Of a stretch of DNA of 64,000 bases, positions 18,802 through 29,200 are shown one piece after another. Source of the DNA: Terriglobia bacterium (GTDB lineage Bacteria > Acidobacteriota > UBA6911); assembly GCA_963824985.1 (NCBI GenBank), contig CAWGRQ010000024.1, positions 264,822 through 328,821 of the forward strand. The letters are read 5' to 3'. Below the pieces are notes generated by a model. That model ran no database searches. It was not told where the DNA came from and was given only the letters and a program-made list of their open reading frames with translations. Both the position numbers and the translations under genes were made by a program. Each line of letters begins with the position of its first letter. The stretch's first letter is position 1.

Positions 18802-19239
18802 GTCACCTCAAGATTGGCTGATACCTTTTTATCGTTCCGCTTCGGAAAATGTCAACTCAAAAGCCCATGTTGCTGCTATAATTTGCATGCAGTAATGGCT
18901 GATAAGGGGGTGTGGTGCGCTCCCGACCATGCGATCGGGCGCCTCAAAGTGAATCGCGTCGAGTTTGTGGCTGGCAGTTGCCTCCTGACTCCCGGTCGCC
19001 CATCCTCCCGGCACCAAATCCGGCTTCGCTAATCCGGCATGCCCGACTCTGGGCGTAAACCGGATCGGATTTCGCCGCGAGCCACTTTGCAAATTCCGGG
19101 CTGTTGCTATGAGGCACGGGTCGAAACCAACCATGCACAATGCCACCTACCAGGCATCGGGGAATCCCCGATCGCAATCCTATTCTGCCATCCAGGATGG
19201 GGGCGGACACCGCATCCGGCTCCTGAAAAGACGATCCCG

Positions 19240-22200
19240 ATGATTCAGAAACTGGGCAAATATTCAATTGTCGAAAAACTGGGCGAAGGCGCCATGGGCG
19301 CGGTTTACAAGGCCTACGATGAGATCCTCGACCGCTATGTCGCCATCAAGACCATGGCGGAGGATATCAAGTGGGATCCTGAGCTCAAACTGCGGTTCTA
19401 CCGCGAAGCACGATCGGCGGCCGGCCTGCATCACCCCAATATCGTGACGATCCACGATCTCGGCGAAGAAGGGAAGATCACCTACATCGTCATGGAGTTC
19501 CTGCAGGGGAAGGATCTGAAGGACATCATCAGGGAAAAACCCCCTCTTGCCCTCGAAAAGAAGCTCGCCATTATCGCCCAGGTTTGTGAAGGGCTGAATC
19601 ACGCTCATCTGGCAGGCATCATCCATAGAGATATCAAGCCCGGAAACATCCACTTTTCGGCGGACGGGAATGTCAAGATCGTCGACTTCGGCATCGCGCG
19701 TATTCCCGCTTCGGATCTCACGCGATCCGGAGTTCGGCTGGGAACGCCCATTTATATGTCCCCGGAGCAGATTCGGGGCGAAGCCTATGACGAGCGGTCG
19801 GACATGTTCTCCACCGGCATCGTGTTCTATGAACTGGTCACGTATGTGCACCCGTTCCGCGACAAGAATATCGCCAAGACCCTGGACAATCTGCTGTTCC
19901 AGAATCATTTCCCGTTTGCCGAGCAGTGTCCCGAAGCCCCGCCCGCGCTGTGGCCCATCATCAGCACGAGCCTGGCAAAGGAGCCGGCAAAGCGGTTCCC
20001 GAGCATGGCGGAAATGGGCCGGGCCTGTCGCGGCCTCCTGGTCGAAATGAATGCTGCCTCGCGGAAAATGATGAGCGATCTGAGCGCTGTCGCGCCCCGC
20101 TTGCTCCAGGCGGCATCGCGCCCGGGAGCCCCTCCCCGCCTGGGAAGCTTGTTGCAGGAAACGCAGACCGCTCTCGGCATGCGGGAACCCCCGGATCACG
20201 CCACGCTCAAGCGGTTGCTGGATTCGCTGGCTGAGGAGCGCGTTCCGGTACAGCAGGTTGAGGTTTCGAGCGTGAGCCGGGAGGGGAGAATTCCCGATGC
20301 TTCTCCCCTGCCGCCGGAAGCGCCTCCCCCCGCAGTCGTTGCCCCTCCGCCTGACCCTGATGATGTGCGGGGGCGTGATCTTCTGCATGCGGGTCAGGCC
20401 CTGTTGCAGGAGGAGCGCTTGGACGAAGCCCTGACCATATTGCACCAGGCGGTGCGGCTGCTTGGGGAAAACCAGGAACTGGCTCAAGCCCTGGCCGAAG
20501 CCAACCGCCGAACCGCAGAGCGGAAACAGGTTCAGATTGCCGCGCTGGTCGACCGGGCACGCCTGGCCTTGGCGTCCCGACAATATACTTCCGCAATCGA
20601 AGCCCTCAACGAGGTCCTGCAGCAGGAACCCGGTCATGCTGAAGCCGCGGAACTGCGGCATCAGGCGGTAGCCGAAGCCGAGGCCGAACGCGAGCAACAG
20701 GCGCGCCAGGCGGAAGGTGAGAGGGAAAAAGCCTCGGGACTGAAGCTGCTGAGCGAGGGGAAATTTCCCGAGAGCATAACGGCATTGCGGCGCGCGGCCG
20801 ACCTGCTGGGCAGTAATCCCGAGATCGAGCGGGCGCTCCGCGAAGCCGGTGAAAAGGACAAGGCGGAGCAGCAGCGGCGCCTGGTCCAGGCGAAGCTGGG
20901 GGAGGCGGTCGCCCAGCTGCGCTCCAAGGCATTCGATCAGGCCGAGACCTCGGCCCGGCAGGTGTTGGAGATCTTCCCCGGCAATGTTGAGGCGGAGGAT
21001 CTCCTGTCGCGCATCGACCGGGCGCGGCAACAGGAGCGCCGGGCCGCCGAAATTTCAAACCTCCTGGCGCAGAGCCGGGAACAACTCGACCATCAGGATT
21101 TCGAGGCTGCGCAAGCGCGCACCCGGGAAATCATGGCCCTCGATCCTGCGAACGCGGATGCCCAGTCCCTGCTCCAGGCCATTGCGGAGGCGCGGGAGAC
21201 GAAGCGGAAACAGGAAGCGATCGAGGCTGCCATCTCCGAGGGGCAGAAGGCTTTCCTTCGTGATGAAGTGGAAGAGGCTGAGAAGTTTGCGCGCCTGGCA
21301 CTCGATGCTGATCCGCAGCATGGTAAGGCGCTGGAACTCATGCGCCGCATAACGGAAATTCGCGACCGGAAGAAAAGGGAGGAGATCGCCGCTATCGTCG
21401 CCCGAGGCCGGCAGGCCCTGGTGCAGGGAGACCTGCAGGAGGCGGCCTCCCTGGGACAGCAGGCACTCCAGGCGGATCCCGAAAGTATCGAGGCGCGGAA
21501 TTTCCTCGCGTCTCTGCGGCAGGCTGAGGAATCCAGGCGTCAGGAAAAACTGGCCGCGTTTCTTGCCGGGAGTCGCCAGGCGCTGGAGAGTGGTGATTTT
21601 GCCGAGGCGACGCGCCAGGCGGAAGCCCTGCAACATCTGGATGCGCGCAACCGGGAGGCGGCTTCCCTGCTGAAGGATATCAATAACGCACGCCGCAAAA
21701 AGGAGAAGGCGGACGACAAGGAGAGGAAGCGCCTCGAAAAGGAGTCCCGCCGTCTGGCGCAGGCAACGGCGGATACGGCGCCTGAAACCGTCGATGGCGC
21801 GATTCCGGCGGAGACCACTCCGCGCCGCGGGCTGCCGAAAGCCGTAATCTGGGCCAGTGCCGGCGCGCTCCTGCTCATCATCGCAGCCGTTCTGGCATGG
21901 CAGCTGCCCCGGCTCCGGAGCAACCCCCCTGAACCGGCTGCTCAACTCGCCGCGGCCCAGACTCAACTCGATCGCGGCCTGTTCGATGAAGCAATTGCCG
22001 CCGCCCGGGAGGTTCTGGCCACTTCACCGAACAACGCCCAGGCCCAGACCTTGATCGAGGTGGCGCAAAAACAGAAAATCGCGAAGGAGGTTGCGATGCT
22101 CCTGATGGAAGCGCAGACTCTCCGATCCCAGGGGAGCCTCCAGGAGAGCCTGGACACCCTTGCGAAGTTGATATCCCTGGATCCCGCGAACGAGACCGCG

Positions 22201-23313
22201 CTGCTCGTTCAGGCCCAGATTGAAGGTGAAATCGCGGCCGGCAAGAGCAGCGCCGAACAGGAGGCCCTCGTCAAGGAGTGGCTGGCAAATGCCGCCCGGT
22301 TCCTGGGCGAAGGCAAGCAGGCCGAGGCGAAAAGGGCGCTGGACAACGTGGCAGGCCTCCGTCCGGACGCGCCCGAACTCAGACCCTTGCGCAACAAGCT
22401 GAAAGCGCTCACGGATGAAGCGGCCCGCGCCGAGAAAGGCAGAATCGATCTCGCCCAGAAACAGAAGCAAGTAGACGAGTGGAACAGTCAGGCCGGTGAG
22501 AAATTCAAGCAGGGAAGATATGGCGAAGCCTTGACAATCCTCGAACAGTGGCTGTCGGCAGCGCCGCAGAACGCGCAGGCGCAGGATTTGCAGCGCCAGG
22601 CATCCCTGGCGCAGCAGAGCCAGCGCGCCTATGACACTCACATGGCACAAAGGAACTATGACGAAGCCCTGAGGGCCGCGGCGCAACTGGAGAAAATCAA
22701 TCCTGCCGATCCTTCCGTTGCCGAGCTCCGCAAACGGGCGGAAGCACGCAAGGCGGCCGCCAAGGCGACCCTGTCCATTTACCGCCTGGGTGAACCGGCA
22801 AGCCTGTTTCTGGATGATGAACCGCTTGGAACCGCCGGCGAGTTGGAGGATCGCGTGGTCAGCGCCGGCCGGCATAAGGTCACGGTTCAAGTCAGCAGCG
22901 GCAAGCAGAGCACCTGGACCGCCGACCTGAGTGAAGGGCAGAAAGTGATCCTGGCCTATGATGCCGCCGCCCTGTCCTTGCGCCCCATGGTGGATGCGGA
23001 CCGTGAGTTGCTTTCCATGCGCAAAATCCGGGAAGAAGTCCACAGCTTCGAGGTGGAACACCGCCACGGGATTCTGGGCATCACCAAGTGCACCGGAATC
23101 CTGAAGATCAGCGGGCTCAGGGTCGAATTTCGGAGCCCGGATCATGCCCTGGATACGACTTTCGCCAACGTCAGGCTCAAGAACGCGAACAACGATCGGA
23201 TCGAACTGGAAACGGTCGACACCAAACAGTCATGGTCCTTTAAAATGCGGGATGCCGCCCAGGCAAAGGCAGTCAAGGAACTGTGGGACAGGTTGACCAA
23301 ACTCGGCAAATAG
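19240..23313 (+). CDS. Ser/Thr protein kinase with very long TPR/coiled-coil repeat region, single TM, periplasmic TPRs and C-terminal PEGA-like domain
   Basis: Start MIQKLGKYSIVEKLGEGAMGAVYKA at 19240; the 5' 200 nt of the track ORF look non-coding. HRDIKPGNIHF, DFGIAR. About 6 roughly 68-aa TPR-like repeats. TM AVIWASAGALLLIIAAVLAW. C-terminal TLSIYRLGEPASLFLDDEPLG...HKVTVQVSSG. Confidence 0.8.
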   Translation: MIQKLGKYSIVEKLGEGAMGAVYKAYDEILDRYVAIKTMAEDIKWDPELKLRFYREARSAAGLHHPNIVTIHDLGEEGKITYIVMEFLQGKDLKDIIREKPPLALEKKLAIIAQVCEGLNHAHLAGIIHRDIKPGNIHFSADGNVKIVDFGIARIPASDLTRSGVRLGTPIYMSPEQIRGEAYDERSDMFSTGIVFYELVTYVHPFRDKNIAKTLDNLLFQNHFPFAEQCPEAPPALWPIISTSLAKEPAKRFPSMAEMGRACRGLLVEMNAASRKMMSDLSAVAPRLLQAASRPGAPPRLGSLLQETQTALGMREPPDHATLKRLLDSLAEERVPVQQVEVSSVSREGRIPDASPLPPEAPPPAVVAPPPDPDDVRGRDLLHAGQALLQEERLDEALTILHQAVRLLGENQELAQALAEANRRTAERKQVQIAALVDRARLALASRQYTSAIEALNEVLQQEPGHAEAAELRHQAVAEAEAEREQQARQAEGEREKASGLKLLSEGKFPESITALRRAADLLGSNPEIERALREAGEKDKAEQQRRLVQAKLGEAVAQLRSKAFDQAETSARQVLEIFPGNVEAEDLLSRIDRARQQERRAAEISNLLAQSREQLDHQDFEAAQARTREIMALDPANADAQSLLQAIAEARETKRKQEAIEAAISEGQKAFLRDEVEEAEKFARLALDADPQHGKALELMRRITEIRDRKKREEIAAIVARGRQALVQGDLQEAASLGQQALQADPESIEARNFLASLRQAEESRRQEKLAAFLAGSRQALESGDFAEATRQAEALQHLDARNREAASLLKDINNARRKKEKADDKERKRLEKESRRLAQATADTAPETVDGAIPAETTPRRGLPKAVIWASAGALLLIIAAVLAWQLPRLRSNPPEPAAQLAAAQTQLDRGLFDEAIAAAREVLATSPNNAQAQTLIEVAQKQKIAKEVAMLLMEAQTLRSQGSLQESLDTLAKLISLDPANETALLVQAQIEGEIAAGKSSAEQEALVKEWLANAARFLGEGKQAEAKRALDNVAGLRPDAPELRPLRNKLKALTDEAARAEKGRIDLAQKQKQVDEWNSQAGEKFKQGRYGEALTILEQWLSAAPQNAQAQDLQRQASLAQQSQRAYDTHMAQRNYDEALRAAAQLEKINPADPSVAELRKRAEARKAAAKATLSIYRLGEPASLFLDDEPLGTAGELEDRVVSAGRHKVTVQVSSGKQSTWTADLSEGQKVILAYDAAALSLRPMVDADRELLSMRKIREEVHSFEVEHRHGILGITKCTGILKISGLRVEFRSPDHALDTTFANVRLKNANNDRIELETVDTKQSWSFKMRDAAQAKAVKELWDRLTKLGK

Positions 23314-23410
23314 TCCATGGCGCGCGGGAAAGAATTGGAAGATCGAAAGTGACTGCAGTATTCTCATGTGAGTCATGCAACACATCTGCCAGTCGGCGAG
23401 GGAGAGCACT

Positions 23411-23878
23411 ATGAAAGCAGCGCGTCACTTGCTTCTGTTGATTCCCCTGGGTCTGTCTTCTATGCTGTTGACCGGATGCCCCAAGCAGCCGGCCAAGATC
23501 AACATCGTTATGAACGCGGCCGCCAACATCAACCCGGATACGAGCGGTCAGGCCCTGTCGGTCGTGGTTCGCATCTATCAGCTCAAGGACAAGGGCCGCC
23601 TGGAATCCGCGGATTACAACGCCATCTGGAAGTCCGACAAGGAAACGCTCTCGGATGACCTGTTGGAAAGACAGGAGCGCATCGTGCAGCCGGGAACCCA
23701 GGAAATGATCGAGATCCAGACCAATCCGATGGCGAATTACCTCGCCGCGGTGGCTCTCTTCCGCAATCCTTCCGGAGACTCCTGGCGCAAGATCATCCCG
23801 ATCAACAAGGGCAAGACGCAGAAGATTGCTTTAGCCCTTCGCGAGCAGACCATCGAAATCACCTCGAGCGCCAGATAG
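23411..23878 (+). CDS. tssJ: Type VI secretion system lipoprotein TssJ (SciN/VasD family)
   Basis: Lipobox LLTGC. INIVMNAAANINPDTSGQALSVVVRIYQLKDKGRLESADYNAIW...LGVVALFRNPSGDSWRKIIPI closely follows the TssJ/SciN pattern (INPD..G.A.P.VVRLYQLK). GGGAGAG SD. Confidence 0.8.
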   Translation: MKAARHLLLLIPLGLSSMLLTGCPKQPAKINIVMNAAANINPDTSGQALSVVVRIYQLKDKGRLESADYNAIWKSDKETLSDDLLERQERIVQPGTQEMIEIQTNPMANYLAAVALFRNPSGDSWRKIIPINKGKTQKIALALREQTIEITSSAR

Positions 23879-23890
23879 GGACCACGGATC

Positions 23891-25243
23891 ATGACACCAC
23901 TGCAGAAAGTCCTGTGGAGCGAGGGGCTGTTCCTGACCCCTCACCACCTTCAACAATGGGATCGATATCACGAAGACGTGTTGAACTTCCGCATTCGCGC
24001 GCTGTCGACCTTCATGTGGGGCGCGGAAGAGCTGAAGTTCAATGAGGAGGCGCTCGAAAACGGCACCTTTGAAGTCCTGCGTTGCCGAGCCGTCCTGCCG
24101 GACGGCTCGGCGATCGACATCCCCGATGTCGATGCTCCGCCGCCGCTGCGCGACTTCACGGATTGCTTCGCCCCGACCAGCGACCGCATGGATGTCTACC
24201 TTGCCGTGCCGGTGGTGCGTTCCGGATCCGCTAATGTGGCGGGGACGGACAAGAAGGCCGCCTTCATGGCGCGCTACCTGCCGACGCAGGCTCATGTCCC
24301 GGATGAAAACACGGGCGAGAATGAGTTGCCAGTGACCTTCGCGGCCAAAAACATGCGCCTCCTGTTCGGGGAGGAGTCGCTCGACAATCATGCGGCTCTC
24401 AAGATCGCCGAGGTGCGCCGCACCCCGGAAGGCAAGACCGTTCTGGAGGAGGGGTACATCCCGCCGGCTTTGAGCCTCTCTGCGGCGCGCCCTTTAACCG
24501 ATATTGTCCGCCGCCTGCTCGAGATCCTGTCCGCCAAGAGCACAACGCTTGGAGAGCAGCGCCGGCAAAAGTCCGCCGGAGTCGCCGACTTTACCACTTC
24601 GGACGTGGCGACCTTCTGGCTGCTGCACACGGTGAACGCCTACATTCCGTCGATGATGCACTTCCACCACGTTCAGCGCGTACATCCCGAGCAGCTCTAC
24701 CTGACGATGGCGAGCCTGGCCGGCGAACTGATGACCTTCGTCACGGAAGGGCACCCGACCGAACTCCCCAAATACATCCACACCGATCTGACCAACACGT
24801 TCGCCCAGCTGGATCGCAAGCTGCGGGTCTTGCTCGAAACCGTCATCCCCACCCGCTGTGTGCCGATTCCCCTGGAGCGAACCAAGGAATCTCTCTACAT
24901 CGGCCGGATTCTGGACGAACGCCTGCCGGTCAGCGCCGAGTTTTACCTTGGTGTCTACGCCAAGCTTCCCGAAGCCCAGATATTGGAGAGGGTGCCGCGC
25001 AAGAGCAAGATCGCCTCGCTCGACACCATCAACTATCTGCTGGGCCAGGCACTCCCCGGCGTGCTGCTCCGCCCGGTGCCGGTGCCACCGGGTCCGATTC
25101 CCGTTCGAGTCGGCTTCAAGTATTTCCGGCTCGAAAAGCTGGGCACCTATTGGGACACCATCGCAGCGTCACGCAACATCTGTATATACTTCCCGGCGGA
25201 ATTTCCCGATCTCCGCCTCGAGCTGTTTGCCGTCAAAGATTGA
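23891..25243 (+). CDS. tssK: Type VI secretion system baseplate subunit TssK (ImpJ/VasE)
   Basis: 450 aa. N-terminal LWSEGLFLTPHHLQQWDRYHE matches the TssK consensus (LWSEG.FL.PQHFQQ.DRY). Lies between tssJ and tssL. Confidence 0.8.
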   Translation: MTPLQKVLWSEGLFLTPHHLQQWDRYHEDVLNFRIRALSTFMWGAEELKFNEEALENGTFEVLRCRAVLPDGSAIDIPDVDAPPPLRDFTDCFAPTSDRMDVYLAVPVVRSGSANVAGTDKKAAFMARYLPTQAHVPDENTGENELPVTFAAKNMRLLFGEESLDNHAALKIAEVRRTPEGKTVLEEGYIPPALSLSAARPLTDIVRRLLEILSAKSTTLGEQRRQKSAGVADFTTSDVATFWLLHTVNAYIPSMMHFHHVQRVHPEQLYLTMASLAGELMTFVTEGHPTELPKYIHTDLTNTFAQLDRKLRVLLETVIPTRCVPIPLERTKESLYIGRILDERLPVSAEFYLGVYAKLPEAQILERVPRKSKIASLDTINYLLGQALPGVLLRPVPVPPGPIPVRVGFKYFRLEKLGTYWDTIAASRNICIYFPAEFPDLRLELFAVKD

Positions 25244-25441
25244 CATCGGGGGGTGCGGCTTGTAGGCCGCGAAATTATTGACGTCTGGAACCTGTTGTGA
25301 CGAATCAGTTGACTGATCTGCCGGAGTTCCATGTGTCGGCCAGCGGGCTATCGCCGCTTCCCGGCCCGTGCGCCCCTCGCCGCAGGTCTGATTGGGTGTC
25401 ACAAAACTCTTCAGTCCCCTTCGGGGAAAAGGTATGAGGCC

Positions 25442-26158
25442 ATGACTCCGGCTCGCGATCCACACGAGGCGACTTCGTTTGAATCCTCCTCAGGCACCAG
25501 TCCCGGCCTGGTCGATTTGTGCACGGACGCCTTTCTGTTGATCTTTTTTATCCACCAGGGGAGGGACCCGGGCCAGCCCGACCAGCTGCGCAAGGAGATT
25601 GCGCTCCTGCTTCAGGATCTGGATAAACGGGGCAAAAGGCATGGGTACGGAGAGGAGGATCTCAAGGCGGCGCGGTATGCGTTATGTGCTCTGCTGGACG
25701 AGACCATCCTCAATTCCCGTTGGTCCTACAAGGACCAGTGGGCCGACCGCCCGCTCCAGCTCGAATATTTCGGCGAACACATGGCCGGGGAGAGGTTTTT
25801 CGATCTGCTCGACCGAGTGCGCGGGAAGGGCTCCCGCAAGGTCGATTTGCTCGAGGTTTTCTGCATGGCCCTGATTCTGGGGTTTCAGGGACGGTACAAG
25901 TTGCGCGGCAGCGATGAGCTGCCCAACCTGATCCGGGAACTGGTCGGAGAAATCAACGGACATCGGGGTTCCCCACGCGGCCTGTCTCCTCACGGACAGA
26001 TTCCGGAAGAGCCGGAAGAGGCTCCGGCCAGAGTGTTGCCCCGTTGGGTGTGGATCACGGCCCTGACTTCAGTGATCCTGGTGATTCTCGTGTTTGTCAT
26101 TTTCAAGCTTTGGCTCGGCTCGACTGCGGACCAGGCCATAGCGCGCATGGTGGTGTAA
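25442..26158 (+). CDS. tssL: Type VI secretion system membrane subunit TssL (DotU/ImpK family)
   Basis: DotU-family block YALCALLDETILNS...RKVDLLEVFCMALILGFQGRY. Single C-terminal TM VWITALTSVILVILVFVIF. Confidence 0.75.
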   Translation: MTPARDPHEATSFESSSGTSPGLVDLCTDAFLLIFFIHQGRDPGQPDQLRKEIALLLQDLDKRGKRHGYGEEDLKAARYALCALLDETILNSRWSYKDQWADRPLQLEYFGEHMAGERFFDLLDRVRGKGSRKVDLLEVFCMALILGFQGRYKLRGSDELPNLIRELVGEINGHRGSPRGLSPHGQIPEEPEEAPARVLPRWVWITALTSVILVILVFVIFKLWLGSTADQAIARMVV

Positions 26159-26261
26159 CCGACATCGGCAGGGCTCCTTTCCCGCCCGGACTTTTCCCGG
26201 ACGGGAATGATGTCGGATCGCACCTCTCCTTGAAACCGGAAGGCCGAAAAAGCGCTACCTT

Positions 26262-29200
26262 ATGAATCCCAATCCACAACAGACTCCGCCGCTACCGCCA
26301 CGGCCTGCTTCCGTGACGAAATTGTTCGCCATCGCCAGCATCTGCCTTGCGGTCGCCACCGCCGGCCTCTGGGCCGTCGACAATTTCCTGGGACGCGACA
26401 CGTTCAAAATCGTACTGATGATCCTGCTGGTCTTCCTGGGCGCCCTGATCATTTTCTGGCTGGTGCTGTGGCTGTTCCGCAAGCTCTTCTCCGCGGCCGC
26501 CGCCTCCCGTGAACGACGCCTGGAAGAACAGGCGGCGGCGCGGCGCCAGGGAGCCAGCCCTGAAGAACGGGCCGAGCTGGACGGATTACAGGAACAGTTG
26601 AACGTGGCGGTCCGTGTCCTCCGCGATTCCAAGTTGGCCAAGGGGAAGAAGGGGGATGAAGTCCTCTACACGCTCCCCTGGATCCTCATGCTCGGTCCGG
26701 ATGAATCGGGCAAGACCAGTGCTTTGCGGGAGTGCGGCGTCGATTTTCCTTACACCACCGCCGAGGGGCGGAAGCCGACCCGTGGCCCGGCCCCGGGCTG
26801 CGATTACTGGTTTTCACGCGGCGCTGTCATGCTTGACCTGGCGGGGCGCATCGGTGCCGGTGAGGAAGGGTCCGAGACGTTTCAGGGATTCCTCGACCAG
26901 CTCAAGCGCGCGCGCAAAGAGCGGCCCTTGAACGGCGTGGTCGTGACCATAAGCATCGCGGACCTGCTGCATCAACCCGCGGATGAGGTCGAACGGCTGG
27001 CCAATCGTTTGCGGCACCGCTTTGACGAAATGATCAAGCGTCTCGGCATCCGCTTTCCCATTTATGTTTTGTTCACCAAGTGCGACCAGGTTGAAGGCTT
27101 CCGGGAGTTTTTCGGCAATCTGCGCAGCCGCGACCGCTCCCAGGTGTGGGGCGCGACCATATCCCACGCTCAGCGCAAGCGGCTTTCCGCCGCCCAGATC
27201 TTTTCCCAGGAATATGACCGGCTGGTGGCGGAGCTCTCCACCTACCGGCTCCCCTTGCTGGCCAGCGAGAAGAATCCGCAGAACCAACCCTTGATTTACA
27301 CGTTCCCCACCCGGATGGCGGCATTGCGCGAGCGCTTGACCAGTTTCATGAGTGTCCTCCTGCAGCCGACCCCCTATTCCGAGCGGCCCATGTTCCGCGG
27401 TTTTTACATGGCCAGCGCGGCCGGCGGGCCGCCGGCGGAGGCTCCGGTCCGGGAAGTGCCGCAGCAGTGGGAACCCGGCCGTCGATTCGAAGCGGAAGCC
27501 GATCAGCCCAAGACGGCGGCCCGCAGTTACTTCCTCGAGACGCTGTTTCCTCAGATCTTTTTCGCCGACCGCTCGCTGGCAACCGCGTCGGTGGACACGA
27601 GGTTGCGCCGCCGGCTGTGGCTCGACATCGCGTTCATCGGAACCCTGGCCCTGTGTCTGACGCTGCTCGTCGGCATGATCTTCTCATTCATGGAAAACCG
27701 GGCGCTGATCGAACATGTGCGCCTGGCTTCCCTGCACCTGGCCGATGCGGGCTGGGATGGCAGGCGGACCACCGACCTTATGGCCATGGAGGACCTGCAC
27801 CAGAAGGTCGAGGAACTCGACCGTTACCAGACCGAAGGTCCGCGCTGGGCATTGGGCTGGGGCCTTTACAGCGGCAATGCCGTTAATCCCGCCGCCCGGC
27901 GGATCTACTTCCGGAGATTGCGGGATACCTTCGTCGCCCCGACCGCTGAAGTCCTGAGGCGCAAGCTCAACGGCTTCGCATCGGGCGCGGACAGTGCCGC
28001 GGCGTACGACGATTTCTACACGACCCTGAAAGCCTACCTGATGATGACGGAGCCGCAACGCGCGGAAGAATCCTTCCTGAATAATGCGCTGGGCGCCCCC
28101 TGGAAAGGGATCGCGGCACGGGATGCGGAAGAGGTCGCGCTGAAGCAGCTCCGCTTTTATGCCCGGCAACTCCCCAAGAACCAACCCGAACTCCAGTTGA
28201 CTCAGGACGCCGATCTCGTCGCCCGAGCCCGCCGCGCGCTCAGCCAGTTCCCGGCCCTGGTCCGTATGTACACGCGTCTCAAGAACGAGGGGAATGCCAA
28301 ACTCCCCCCTTATACGCTGGCCATCGCCACCGGGGGTAAAAGCCTCGATTACATGAATTCGAGCTTTGATGTGCCGGGAGTATTTACGGAAGCCGGCTGG
28401 CGCACCTACTTCAAGAACGCGGTCGCGCAGGCCAGCCAGGAAGTCATCAAGGATGACTGGGTGCTGGGTCCAACTTATGCCTATGCGCCCTCCGGGGGGA
28501 TTTCCGACGCCGATTACGCCAATAAAATCCTCGACATGTACTACGCGGAATACTCCGACGTCTGGTCCCGTTTCCTGGAAGGAGTTTCCGTGCGCTCGCT
28601 CGCCGACCTGACCGAGGCGCGCGGCGCGCTGGACTCCTTCTCACAACAGGATTCAGCCTTGTCACGCCTCCTGATGAACGTGGGCGCGCAAACGATGCTG
28701 CGACGCAATCCCGAGCAGGGCGGAAGCGTCACCGACATGGTTTCCGGCGCCCTGGCAACGCTGGGCTTGTCGACGAGAGTCAACCGGGAAGATCTGGTGA
28801 CGGCGATCGCCGACCAGTTCGCTCCCCTGCATGACATGATCACGTCTCCCGACGGCAAATCCCCTGCGCTGTCGGCTCAGTATGTCGAAGTGATCGGCCG
28901 GATTCACTCCAAGCTGGAAGCCCTCTTCGGCGCCGGCACTCAATGGGAACAGGTGAAGGCCTACGTGGGGATGATCGCGACCAATATTTCCGGAGACGAG
29001 TTCCACGACGGCTTCCGGGTTACCTCGCGTGTGACCCAGATGTGCCGGACCAGGAGCACCCAGCCGATCGGATCCCTGCTGGAACAGCCGCTGCGTCAGT
29101 CGTGGGCCGCGATTCTGCGCGATGTCGGATACCGCCTCGATGGGCTCTGGAAAACCCGCATTGCAGAGACCTATCGCCGCGACGTGGAAAGCCGTTTTCC

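Noticed and set aside
19039-19239. 5' extension of the kinase ORF (MPDSGRKPDRISPRATLQ...)
   Set aside because: No kinase homology, non-coding-like composition, and stop-free by chance. The canonical kinase N-terminus begins at 19240.
19264-21030. 588-aa and 373-aa (22024-23145) minus-strand ORFs
   Set aside because: Both antisense to the TPR kinase. Repetitive Arg/Gly/Leu composition.
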